A DNA stretch of 64,000 nt from assembly GCA_049964715.1 (NCBI GenBank), contig JBMFXB010000008.1, positions 7,369 to 71,368 of the forward strand, written 5' to 3'. The position numbers were made by a program, and so were the translations under genes. The notes under the pieces were generated by a model. That model was not told the DNA's origin. It made no database searches and worked only from the letters and a program-made list of their open reading frames with translations. Source of the stretch: Candidatus Dormibacteria bacterium (GTDB lineage Bacteria > Chloroflexota > Dormibacteria > Aeolococcales > Aeolococcaceae). Shown here piece by piece: positions 10,991 through 20,036 of the stretch (positions are counted from its first letter, which is position 1; each line of letters begins with the position of its first letter).

Positions 10991-11095
10991 ATTTCACCAC
11001 TGGACAGTGCTACTCTCCTGGCCGCATGAAGTGCATGCCACCAGAGAGAGTCTGCACCGCCAGCGGTCAACCATGATGCAGGAGTAGAGGGGATC

Positions 11096-12856
11096 ATGCC
11101 AGAGCAGCAAGATGTACGTGAAGAAATGCAGACGTATTCGGACCAATGGTTCCAGGCACTTGCCATGGCATGCCATGCTGAAAGCAAGTACACTGCAGTT
11201 CTAACACAGTGGCAACCATATCCACGTGAGGATCTCGATCGTCTTGTGGTAAAAGGACGTCGTGTGTACTACAACCCGTCCATGCCACCTACCACACTTG
11301 CAGCTGAACTCCTGCACCTCACGCATCACCTTGTGCAACACCACAAGGAACGTCTAAATCCAGAGCAGTTCCCAAATGCCAAGCTTCGTAGAATAGCTGC
11401 ATGTCTTGAAACAGTCAATGCACTCAGTGACGACATTGATGCAGCCAAACTTGACTGGGCAGAAGGTACGGACCTGCGCGAGCAGTACCCACTTCCGAAG
11501 CGCATGACAGCTGAAGAGATCTACAAGTACCTCGACGAAACTCTCTCCGAGCAAGAAAAGCAAGACGACCAGCAGCAACAGAGTGGTCAACAAGAGCAGA
11601 ACGACCACGACTTTGGAGATGACGACCAACAGCAGCAGGGTGGTCAGCAGCAGCAGGGGGGCCAGCAGCAGCAGGGTGGCCAACAGCAGCAGGGTGGCCA
11701 ACAGCAGCAGGGTGGTCAACAGCAGCAGGGTGGTCAACAGCAGCAGGGTGGCCAACAGCAGCAGGGTGGTCAGCAGCAGCAGGGTGGCCAACAGCAGCAG
11801 GGTGGCCAGCAGCAGCAGGGTGGTCAGCAGCAGCAGGGTGGTCAGCAGCAGCAGGGTGGTCAACAGCAGCAGGGTGGTCAGCAGCAACAGGGTGGTCAGC
11901 AGCAACAGGGTGGCCAGCAACTCCCCGATCCCAATAGCGTCGATGACGGTGTTTGTCGACTCGAAGACTATGACTTTGACAAAGAAATGGAAGAGAAAGC
12001 AACTGGCACTGGCCAAGATGGTAAAGGTCAGGATGGCGAAGGTCAGGATGGCGAGGGCAAGGACGGTGAAGGCAAGGATGGCGAGGGCAAGGACGGGAAA
12101 GGCAAAGATGGAGAAGGTCTTCGTCCCGGTTCTGAGGATGCCAGTATCCAGCGCCTTCCCAATGCTGAAACACGAAAGCGTCAACTTGTTCTCAACATTG
12201 CAAAGCGGCTCATGGGCGGTTCTTCTCGTGAGGATTATGCTCTGCGCCCCCGGTCATCACCTAGTTCACCAAAGGGCTTTTCCCTTTCAAAGCTTCAACA
12301 GCAAAAGGAGGATCTGGGTATTCTCATCGATGTATCCGGGTCGATCACGAATGAGATGCTTGATATCTTCCGTGACATAGTCAAGGAACTGCAACACCGT
12401 GAACAACGAATCACTGTTGCAACTGGTGATGTAAAAGTACACGAGGTAGGACCTCCTGCACTTCTTGACAAGCCACTTACTGGACGTGGTGGAACGCAAT
12501 TCCGGACAGTCATTCCCGAGGCGTTCAAACGCCTTCGACGTCCCAAGCGAATGCTGATCATCACAGATGGCGAGACCCAGTGGCCGGATACTGTACCAAC
12601 ACCTGGTACTCTCATCCTCATCATCAACGACAATGACCGGTTTAATCCGCCTGGTGAGAAGTACGGACCACAAGGATACAATTCCACCTATCCCATTCCA
12701 CCAGCACTCCGAAAGCATGTCATGTGGGTTCGTCCCTCAGATATCCACACTCCTGACATCCGAAAAGAGCTTGGATTAAACGACTACAAAAAACCTGCTC
12801 CTGGACCTTCGAGTGCACCTGACCGTGGTGCTACTGACCCGGGAATGGGGTTCTAG
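11096..12856 (+). CDS. DUF2201-like protein: N-terminal metallopeptidase-like domain (degenerate), Q/G repeat linker, C-terminal VWA domain
   Basis: VYYNP; LLHLTHHLVQHHKER at the HExxH position; TAEEIY; MIDAS LIDVSGS, GRGGTQF, IITDGE; adjacent to the MoxR ATPase. Confidence 0.82.
   Translation: MPEQQDVREEMQTYSDQWFQALAMACHAESKYTAVLTQWQPYPREDLDRLVVKGRRVYYNPSMPPTTLAAELLHLTHHLVQHHKERLNPEQFPNAKLRRIAACLETVNALSDDIDAAKLDWAEGTDLREQYPLPKRMTAEEIYKYLDETLSEQEKQDDQQQQSGQQEQNDHDFGDDDQQQQGGQQQQGGQQQQGGQQQQGGQQQQGGQQQQGGQQQQGGQQQQGGQQQQGGQQQQGGQQQQGGQQQQGGQQQQGGQQQQGGQQQQGGQQQQGGQQLPDPNSVDDGVCRLEDYDFDKEMEEKATGTGQDGKGQDGEGQDGEGKDGEGKDGEGKDGKGKDGEGLRPGSEDASIQRLPNAETRKRQLVLNIAKRLMGGSSREDYALRPRSSPSSPKGFSLSKLQQQKEDLGILIDVSGSITNEMLDIFRDIVKELQHREQRITVATGDVKVHEVGPPALLDKPLTGRGGTQFRTVIPEAFKRLRRPKRMLIITDGETQWPDTVPTPGTLILIINDNDRFNPPGEKYGPQGYNSTYPIPPALRKHVMWVRPSDIHTPDIRKELGLNDYKKPAPGPSSAPDRGATDPGMGF
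11627..11914 (+). repeat. Coding tandem repeat, 16 x 18 bp (QQQQGG)
   Basis: 288 bp of CAR CAG CAR CAG GGN GGY units with synonymous variation only. Confidence 0.97.
12011..12115 (+). repeat. Coding tandem repeat, 7 x 15 bp (G[QK]DG[EK])
   Basis: GQDGK GQDGE GQDGE GKDGE GKDGE GKDGK GKDGE. Confidence 0.93.
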
Positions 12857-12874
12857 GCAAAATTGTTCCGTATC

Positions 12875-12910
12875 TAAGTCATCACGATGCATATGCATCG
12901 TGATGACTTA
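12875..12910. terminator. 36-bp perfect palindrome between convergent genes; probable bidirectional terminator
   Basis: TAAGTCATCACGATGCAT|ATGCATCGTGATGACTTA; no poly-U tail. Confidence 0.6.
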
Positions 12911-12959
12911 ATAGTGCAGGGTGTGCAATACTTCTTGACCACCAAGTGACTGCGCACCG

Positions 12960-14114
12960 TCAGATAACTACTGCCTCAGGATGCAAGTCATTCCGTTGGA
13001 ACCTGCCCGGATCGTACGGACGAATGTCGACAGCTGTAGCTTTTCCCAACACTGCCTGGGCAAGGAGAAGCCCGATTGCAGGTGCCTGCATGAAGCCATG
13101 TCCACTGAAGCCACAGCACTCCCACAACCCCTCCACATCTGGATCCTTCCCCACTATTGCATGATGGTCTGGAGACACCTCATACAAGCCAGCCCAGCCT
13201 GTTGCAATGTCTGCATTCTCCAGCATGGGAATTCGCCAAGTCGCATGCTCAACAAGATGCGGAAGGAACTCCCAGTTCACACTCGTGTCAAAGGAAGACG
13301 GCTCATCCGGATCACTCATGCCAAGAAGCATTCCACCACCCTCAGGATGACAGTAAAAGGAAGTTCTGAAATCGACTACCATGGGATACTTTCCACTCCC
13401 AGCCAGTGGCCCTGTGACAAAGATATGCCTCCGGTACGGGTCAACAGGCACTGTAGCACCTGCCATCAGACCAACGGCTCGTGAGGATGCACCAGCACAA
13501 TTGATGACAGTATCAGTGGCAATGCTACCCTGCTGAGTTTCCACTCCACGAACCGCATTGTCCGACACCAGTATTCCCGACACCTCGCACTCCTCGAGGA
13601 TGACAGCACCGTGTCTACGGGCAGCGTTTGCATACCCCATAGTCACCTCATTGGGTCCTGCTATTCCATCCGTGGGACACCATGTACCTGCACGGACATC
13701 ATCAATCCGTAAGTCAGGGAGTCGTTGATGAATCTCCTGAGGGCTCAGGATCTCAACCTCAGCGAGTCCACAAGAATGCTGCAGCGCCACATTGCGTTCA
13801 AACTGCTGCACCTCTTCGTCTGTGGTAGCAAGAAAGAGATATCCGATATGCCTGAACGCAGCGGGGCTTCCCGTGTCCTCCTCAAAATGATCGAGAAGCT
13901 GTCTGCTGAGCATGGCGACTTCGACATTCACTTTCGTCGAGAACTGCTGGCGTACGCCTCCAGCACACTTCCCGGTGGAACCCGCACCAAGTGCACCTTT
14001 CTCAAGAAGCACCACAGAAACGCCCAGGGTTGCCAGGTGATACGCAACACTACAACCAACTGCTCCACCACCTATGACGACGCAGTCAGCTGTGGAAGGC
14101 AGTGCCGTGCTCAT
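12960..14114 (-). CDS. FAD-dependent amine oxidoreductase (DAO/sarcosine oxidase beta family)
   Basis: VIGGGAVG Rossmann motif, GSTGKCAGG, WAGLYEVSPD, GFSGHGFMQAP; ATG at 14114 overlaps the upstream stop. Confidence 0.85.
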   Translation of the reverse strand: MSTALPSTADCVVIGGGAVGCSVAYHLATLGVSVVLLEKGALGAGSTGKCAGGVRQQFSTKVNVEVAMLSRQLLDHFEEDTGSPAAFRHIGYLFLATTDEEVQQFERNVALQHSCGLAEVEILSPQEIHQRLPDLRIDDVRAGTWCPTDGIAGPNEVTMGYANAARRHGAVILEECEVSGILVSDNAVRGVETQQGSIATDTVINCAGASSRAVGLMAGATVPVDPYRRHIFVTGPLAGSGKYPMVVDFRTSFYCHPEGGGMLLGMSDPDEPSSFDTSVNWEFLPHLVEHATWRIPMLENADIATGWAGLYEVSPDHHAIVGKDPDVEGLWECCGFSGHGFMQAPAIGLLLAQAVLGKATAVDIRPYDPGRFQRNDLHPEAVVI

Positions 14115-14974
14115 GAAGCTGCTCCCCAAAGCCAGGACTCAGTCGGCATCGATTCACCATCAAGAAATGCAGTAATGACGAGCAGTTGCCGTGTGATGAA
14201 TGCCTCATCCCAGCCATGGCCCGCTTCCTCGAAAATGGCAAGAGTCAACTGATCCCAATCCTTCACTGACTCAACGAGTCTCTCAACATTGAGAATCCGG
14301 TCATTCCGTGCTGCCATGATCAACTTAGGACAATGCAAGTCCCGGAGAATTGCAAGACGTGAGGCACGGAGTGATGTTCTCAGCCACTCACGAGCAGCTC
14401 TGGGATCAGCAAGGCACTGGTTCCGAAAGTTCAGCTCTGCCTCCTCGATGTCGACATTGGGACCCTCAACGACAAATCGTTTGTAGAGGTCTGAAACCGC
14501 CTTCTGGCGACTGAGCCAGACAATGGATGGATATACGCCAGCTGCAGTAAGCATAGTAGCTTGCAAGTGGAATCGACGACGAACAAGCTGAGGATCGAGA
14601 AGAGGCGTGTGAAGAATGATCTGATGAACAGCCTCTGGTCGAAGTGCTGCAACAGCCATGGCAGTATCAGCACCCAGGCACAATCCTCCAAGATCAAAGG
14701 AGTCACCTGCGCCTTCATGATCCATGATCGCAAGAATCTCCCGGGCAAGTCGCTCAGACGAGTGTTCATCTGGAAGTCTATGTGAAGCACCAAAACCTGG
14801 GAGATCCGGAATGATGAGACGACGTCTCGTCCCTATAGCTCCTATCCAGTGACGAAAGTTCTCTGCAGAGCCAAGAAAGCCATGACAGAGGAGTAGTGGA
14901 GGACCATCCCCTTCACTTGTGACATAGCGAACACGTCCATGCCCGGCCTCAAACACCCGTTCGAGAAGTTCCAT
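14111..14974 (-). CDS. Alpha/beta hydrolase with Cys at the nucleophile elbow
   Basis: LLCHGF, PDLPGFGAS, GGLCLGA (GxCxG), EEAGH catalytic His. Confidence 0.8.
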   Translation of the reverse strand: MELLERVFEAGHGRVRYVTSEGDGPPLLLCHGFLGSAENFRHWIGAIGTRRRLIIPDLPGFGASHRLPDEHSSERLAREILAIMDHEGAGDSFDLGGLCLGADTAMAVAALRPEAVHQIILHTPLLDPQLVRRRFHLQATMLTAAGVYPSIVWLSRQKAVSDLYKRFVVEGPNVDIEEAELNFRNQCLADPRAAREWLRTSLRASRLAILRDLHCPKLIMAARNDRILNVERLVESVKDWDQLTLAIFEEAGHGWDEAFITRQLLVITAFLDGESMPTESWLWGAAS

Positions 14975-15020
14975 GCGCCCTCGTGAAGTCCTGTCAGCTG
15001 TATGCCATCATGCAGTGGGA

Positions 15021-16523
15021 CTAGGCTTCTGTATCGATCTGAGCACGCTGAAGCTGTCCACTGTAGTCAATGTACACGGATTTCCACTCAGTGAACTCAT
15101 CAAATGCTGTAGCACCAGCTTCCCTGAATCCATTACCTGTTTGCTTCGTGCCCCCGAAAGGAAGCTGAATCTCAGCTCCAATCGTTGGAGCATTCACGTA
15201 GACAAGACCTGCATCAAATCGCTCAATTGCCTGGAAGGTTGCATGAACACTTGCAGTATAGATACTGAGGCTAAGTCCATACGGAGTGCCGTTTGCTACC
15301 TCGATTGCTTCATCGAGAGTATCAACAGGGATGACAGAAAGAACTGGTCCGAAAATCTCCTCTTGCGCAATACGCATGTCTGGCCGAACGCCTGAGAAGA
15401 TTGTTGGCTCTATGAACGATCCCTCGTGAAATATCCCATCAGTCAGTGCATTTCCTCCTGTGAGAAGCGTTGCCCCTTCCTCTTTCCCAATGGTGATGTA
15501 CGAGAGAATACGTTGCTTTTGCGTATCATTGATGACTGCACCAACCTCAATAGTCGGATCCGTTCCTGGACCAACGTGCAAGCTCTGCACTCTTGCTACC
15601 AAACGCTCCAGCAGTGCTGGCAATACTTTCCGCTGGACTATGAGTCTGGAAGTTGCAGTGCAACGCTGTCCTGACGTGCCAAATGCACCCCAAACTGAAC
15701 CTTCCACAACCAAATCCAGATCTGCATCCTCAAGCACGACAATGGCATTCTTGCCCCCAAGCTCCAGTGAGTACCGCTTGAGTTGCTCTCCACATACGCT
15801 TGCTACATGACGACCAACTTCGACACTTCCTGTAAATGAGATTGCCTTTACGTCTGGGTGACGAAGGAGTGCCTCACCAGCCTCCTCACCAAGTCCGTAA
15901 ACAACATTCATGACACCCGGAGGAAGGCCTGCAGATTCGAGAATTTCCACAAATCGTGCTGCAAGCATTGGCGTATCTTCTGCAGGTTTCAGGACCACAG
16001 CATTCCCCGCCATGATCGCAGCAAAGCTCTTCCACGAAGGAATAGCAATGGGGAAGTTCCAGGGAGTAATACATCCAACAACGCCAAGCGGAGCACGTAC
16101 AGTCATTGCCCACTTGTTACGAAGCTCTGAGGGATACGTTGCTCCAAGTGCCCTGCGCCCTTCACCCGACATGAACTTTGCCATGTCAATGGCTTCCTGT
16201 ACATCGCCACGCGCTTCAACAAGCACCTTTCCCATTTCCCGTGACATCAGCTGGGCAAGTGCCTCTTTCTCTTCACTGAGTCGCTCCGCAATCCGCAGGA
16301 GCACATCACCCCGTACAGGTGCAGGTGTAGTACTCCACGACATGAAGGCCTTCTTCGCAACTTCGACAGCTTGTGCTATCTCCTGTGCACTGCTTCTCGG
16401 AAATACACCAACCACATCAGCATGATTGGCTGGATTGACAGAAGTAAAAGTGGCCATTCCAGCTGGAACTGGTACGTCCTTTCCACCGATGTGGTTACCC
16501 TTGACTGCAAGCGCTGTTGCCAT
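15021..16523 (-). CDS. Aldehyde dehydrogenase
   Basis: [40 protein letters not shown]. Confidence 0.93.
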   Translation of the reverse strand: MATALAVKGNHIGGKDVPVPAGMATFTSVNPANHADVVGVFPRSSAQEIAQAVEVAKKAFMSWSTTPAPVRGDVLLRIAERLSEEKEALAQLMSREMGKVLVEARGDVQEAIDMAKFMSGEGRRALGATYPSELRNKWAMTVRAPLGVVGCITPWNFPIAIPSWKSFAAIMAGNAVVLKPAEDTPMLAARFVEILESAGLPPGVMNVVYGLGEEAGEALLRHPDVKAISFTGSVEVGRHVASVCGEQLKRYSLELGGKNAIVVLEDADLDLVVEGSVWGAFGTSGQRCTATSRLIVQRKVLPALLERLVARVQSLHVGPGTDPTIEVGAVINDTQKQRILSYITIGKEEGATLLTGGNALTDGIFHEGSFIEPTIFSGVRPDMRIAQEEIFGPVLSVIPVDTLDEAIEVANGTPYGLSLSIYTASVHATFQAIERFDAGLVYVNAPTIGAEIQLPFGGTKQTGNGFREAGATAFDEFTEWKSVYIDYSGQLQRAQIDTEA

Positions 16524-16527
16524 GATC

Positions 16528-17844
16528 CTAACCCTTGCGCTCCATTGCTTCAATGCTCTCCTCAAGAAGTGAAAGCCCTGTATCCAGATCTCCATCCGAG
16601 ACTGTCATTGGTGGAATGAGGCGAATGACGTTTTCATCGCTACCACAGGTAAGTGTGAGGAGTCCACGTTCAATAGCCTCTCGGTGAACACCTTCGACAA
16701 ATGCGGTTGCTGGGGTCTTGTCCTTCATGAATTCGACGCCAATCATAAGCCCCCGACCTCGAATGTCAGCAACGTACGCATAGCGATCTTTCCACGAAGA
16801 AAGTCTCTCCATGATCTGCTTGCCGAGGCGTGCTGATCTGTCAACGAGGTGCTCATCATTAATGACATCCATTACTGCCAATGCCGCTGCACAGGCGACA
16901 GGGTTTCCTCCGTATGTTGTTCCGTGTTCGCCAGCATGCCATGCCTCCATGACCTCATGGCGTGCAACCATTGCACTGATGGGCATTCCATTTCCAAGTG
17001 CCTTTGCAATACACATGATGTCTGGTTTCACACCCTCAAAGTCCACTGCAAACATCTTTCCTGTACGGCCCATTCCACTTTGGACTTCATCTGCTACTAG
17101 GAGGATTCCGTATCGATCACAGTACGACCGAAGGGTCTGAAGGAATCCTTCTGGAGGAACAACATAGCCCCCTTCTCCGAGAATTGGCTCAACCACGATA
17201 GCTGCAACAGACTGTGGATCAACCCACAAGTCAAACATGGTGTCTAGGTACTTCCCTGCTGCAATTGGACAGGGTTCTCCTGGTGCATGACTGCAGTTCC
17301 GGAAGCAATATGGATATGGTGTGTGATGCACTCCAGGAAGGAATGGACCGACACCACGGTGGTACTTTGACTTGCTAGCTGTGAGCGATATTGCACCATA
17401 TGTCCTGCCGTGGAAAGACCCTTCAAAGGCAATGATGTCTGTCCTGCCAGTGCTTCTTCTTGCAACCTTGAGTGCAGCTTCGACAGCCTCTGCACCACTG
17501 TTCCCAAAGAACACACGATCGAGCCCATCAGGCGTTATGGCAACAAGTCGTTCAGCTGTCTCCACGATCTTTGTGTGGTAGGCCGTAGTCGAGGTGTGCC
17601 ACAGTTTGTCCACTTGCTCATGAACTGCCTGGACTACTCGTGGATGTCGATGGCCAACACTCGTGACAGCAATGCCACAGCCAAAATCAAGCACATCCCT
17701 GCCATCTGCTGTATGAAGGTGCGATCCCTCAGCTTCCACAATGACAAGATCTGAATACCTGCTGTACACCTGTGAGACAGCCTTGGCGTCCCTTCCTCTC
17801 CATTCCTTGTCTGTCATATGGGTTTGTGCCACTGCTGTCTTCAT
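16528..17844 (-). CDS. gabT: Class III aminotransferase (4-aminobutyrate aminotransferase-like)
   Basis: NSGAEAVEAA, FHGRTYG, EPILGEGG, DEVQSGMGRTG, AKALGNG, GTTYGGNP. Confidence 0.8.
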   Translation of the reverse strand: MKTAVAQTHMTDKEWRGRDAKAVSQVYSRYSDLVIVEAEGSHLHTADGRDVLDFGCGIAVTSVGHRHPRVVQAVHEQVDKLWHTSTTAYHTKIVETAERLVAITPDGLDRVFFGNSGAEAVEAALKVARRSTGRTDIIAFEGSFHGRTYGAISLTASKSKYHRGVGPFLPGVHHTPYPYCFRNCSHAPGEPCPIAAGKYLDTMFDLWVDPQSVAAIVVEPILGEGGYVVPPEGFLQTLRSYCDRYGILLVADEVQSGMGRTGKMFAVDFEGVKPDIMCIAKALGNGMPISAMVARHEVMEAWHAGEHGTTYGGNPVACAAALAVMDVINDEHLVDRSARLGKQIMERLSSWKDRYAYVADIRGRGLMIGVEFMKDKTPATAFVEGVHREAIERGLLTLTCGSDENVIRLIPPMTVSDGDLDTGLSLLEESIEAMERKG

Positions 17845-17886
17845 GTACGCTCTCCTTTGGTCGTTGTGCAGCTGGTGAAATTCCTT

Positions 17887-18603
17887 TTACCGTGTTCCTG
17901 CTGGTGAAGGTGTAGTGGACCGGGATGGAACACCTACCCGCCCCAGGGCGAGGAACCCGGCAAACATGATGACAATACCAACAAGTTCATACAGACCAAG
18001 CTCATCAACAGAACTCAGACCAGCTGTTTTAGCCACACTGAAACCTGCACCGATAATACTTGCTCCGATCGTAAGAAGTACGTTGCAGATGAGCAGATCC
18101 ACACGGGCATGCGTACGTATGAGCTTGTATGCAGACCAAGCAGAACCCCCAACAAGAATGAGTGTTCCGACAATATTGAAGATCACAACTGCAACAAACA
18201 GCAGACTTCCATGACTGATCGCATTGCCCATGATGCCTTGGGCAGTATCAAGCAGTCCAGCATTCACTTTGACAGTGAGTGCATCAATTAGTACTGGAAT
18301 TGATGCCAGGACCACTACTCCAACAACAATACGTGCAGCCATTTTCGGCATGAGGAGAAAGACAGTACCAAGTGCTAGGTAAATGACGCCAAATGCACCG
18401 CCAAACAGATAGAACCCGCGGAACACAGGTACGGAGAAACCCCTAAATTCCCCCACTGCCTGAAACGCTGAAGCAAGTGCGAAGAACACAAGTCCTACGC
18501 ACCATGCCAGAAATTCCGGCCGTTTGCTCTTGCTGAACTTATTGGCAACGACCATTGAAAACGCGAGTGAAACAATACTCGCGAGGACTGCAAAGTAAAC
18601 CAT
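17887..18603 (-). CDS. Integral membrane protein (about 7 TM)
   Basis: Hydrophobic helices throughout; upstream of and co-oriented with the gabT operon. Confidence 0.7.
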   Translation of the reverse strand: MVYFAVLASIVSLAFSMVVANKFSKSKRPEFLAWCVGLVFFALASAFQAVGEFRGFSVPVFRGFYLFGGAFGVIYLALGTVFLLMPKMAARIVVGVVVLASIPVLIDALTVKVNAGLLDTAQGIMGNAISHGSLLFVAVVIFNIVGTLILVGGSAWSAYKLIRTHARVDLLICNVLLTIGASIIGAGFSVAKTAGLSSVDELGLYELVGIVIMFAGFLALGRVGVPSRSTTPSPAGTR

Positions 18604-18779
18604 GGGGTACCCTCCTACCTTCCACTCGCTTCGCTCATACTAGCACTTCACCTCAGTATCCGTTGGAAAGCAGCTGCCGGAGATTGCTGACACCAACCTG
18701 TCCACAACTGACCTTTCACGTACGTGGTCATGCAATAATGAAAGACGTACGAGCCGATATGAGAAGGAAGGGAACATCA

Positions 18780-19556
18780 ATGCCTACGTCCCAGAACTCT
18801 TCACCCCTACTCCCATCCACGAACCACATCTCCCCCACACCACTTCCTGAAGATGAACTGTCCGTACCGTCGACTGAAGTTGTGGGTTGGGCACTGCATG
18901 CGCTCACAAAAGGTCATGAACATCGCACTGACTTTGAGCTTCGCGGAGTTCTGGCAGCAGCTCTCCATGTCGATGCGTCAGTTCTTGCACTCTTCGACCG
19001 GACAGCTCTTGAACATGCAGTGGACGCTATTCGATCTCTTGTTCTGAGAAATCAGCTCCTTACTGCAGAAGCAACCATCGATGAGCTCACCCAGTCCCTG
19101 CGACGGGGAGCTGGCCTTGCAGCCCTTCAACGTGAACTCAAGCGATTCCAACGCAATGGCGGACGTGGAGTAGTTGTTGTCTTCATCGATGTTGATGGCC
19201 TCAAGGCAGTAAATGACACCATTGGACATTCAGCTGGAGATGAGTTGCTCCAGACTGTCGTCCAGTCAGTCTCCACTCACCTTCGCTCCTACGACATCAT
19301 CTTCCGGTACGGCGGTGATGAATTTGTCTGTGCACTGACTGAAGCGACACTTGCTGATGCACGAAAACGTATCCACTCCATTCAGGAACATGTACGTGAG
19401 CACACAGGCGGCAATACCGTCAGTTTCGGTCTTGCCGTTGCCCAACGGAATGACTCGCTTGAGACACTACTCGCCCGTGCAGATGCGGATCTGTACCGAA
19501 AGCGTCGCCTGTTGCGAGGAAAGTCACAAAGCTCCAAGACCACCGCTGAAGACTGA
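18780..19556 (+). CDS. Diguanylate cyclase (GGDEF)
   Basis: DELT, FIDVDGLKAVNDTIGHSAGD, RSYD I-site, RYGGDEF, ARADADLY; start chosen by RBS. Confidence 0.9.
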   Translation: MPTSQNSSPLLPSTNHISPTPLPEDELSVPSTEVVGWALHALTKGHEHRTDFELRGVLAAALHVDASVLALFDRTALEHAVDAIRSLVLRNQLLTAEATIDELTQSLRRGAGLAALQRELKRFQRNGGRGVVVVFIDVDGLKAVNDTIGHSAGDELLQTVVQSVSTHLRSYDIIFRYGGDEFVCALTEATLADARKRIHSIQEHVREHTGGNTVSFGLAVAQRNDSLETLLARADADLYRKRRLLRGKSQSSKTTAED

Positions 19557-19557
19557 G

Positions 19558-19588
19558 TTATCCACAAGACATGTGGATATGTGGGTAA
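19558..19588. promoter_or_regulatory. Cluster of three DnaA boxes
   Basis: TTATCCACA (19558-66, perfect); TGTGGATAT (19572-80) and TGTGGGTAA (19580-88) are reverse-oriented with one mismatch each. Confidence 0.65.
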
Positions 19589-19616
19589 CTTTTCTGTTAC
19601 GAGATACTAGTTCTGC

Positions 19617-20018
19617 TTACGGGGCTGACGTACCTTCCCGACCATATCGATCTTCAATGCGTACGACATCATCCAGTTCAGGTGAGGAGACTTCAAACAA
19701 CTCTGTGTCCTCAATACCAACGAACCTGTGCTTGCGTCCAGGCTTCACATGACAACTCATGCCAGGAGTGCATTCCCACTCTTCGAGTTCCCCGTCTGCA
19801 TTTTCGAGTACAAGCTTCAGTCGACCGCTAAGAACGTAAATGGCTTCATCCTTCACATTGTGGTACTGAAGTGAAAGTGCTTCCCCAGCCTTGATATGAA
19901 GGAGCTTTCCTGCATAACGGTCAGTTACCATCCACCTGAGCTCATACCCCCAAGGCTTGTCCACTCTGCCAAACCCTGCACCATGCATCTCCGCCGGAAG
20001 TACAGAATCGTGTGCCAT
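19617..20018 (-). CDS. Cupin, mannose-6-phosphate isomerase type II-like
   Basis: VDKPWG, LSLQYHNVKDE, PGRKHRF, EVSSPELDDVVRIEDRYGR; clustered with manB/manC. Confidence 0.8.
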   Translation of the reverse strand: MAHDSVLPAEMHGAGFGRVDKPWGYELRWMVTDRYAGKLLHIKAGEALSLQYHNVKDEAIYVLSGRLKLVLENADGELEEWECTPGMSCHVKPGRKHRFVGIEDTELFEVSSPELDDVVRIEDRYGREGTSAP

Positions 20019-20036
20019 AAGTCGTCTCCTCTCCTG

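Noticed and set aside
11627-11914. CRISPR-like regular repeat
   Set aside because: No unique spacers, it is in-frame coding sequence, and no cas genes are present.
11354-12380. Long alternative-frame ORFs (LLLTT, HPAAAD and SSSRVV repeats)
   Set aside because: Shadows of the stop-free QQQQGG repeat; the variation is synonymous only in the VWA frame.
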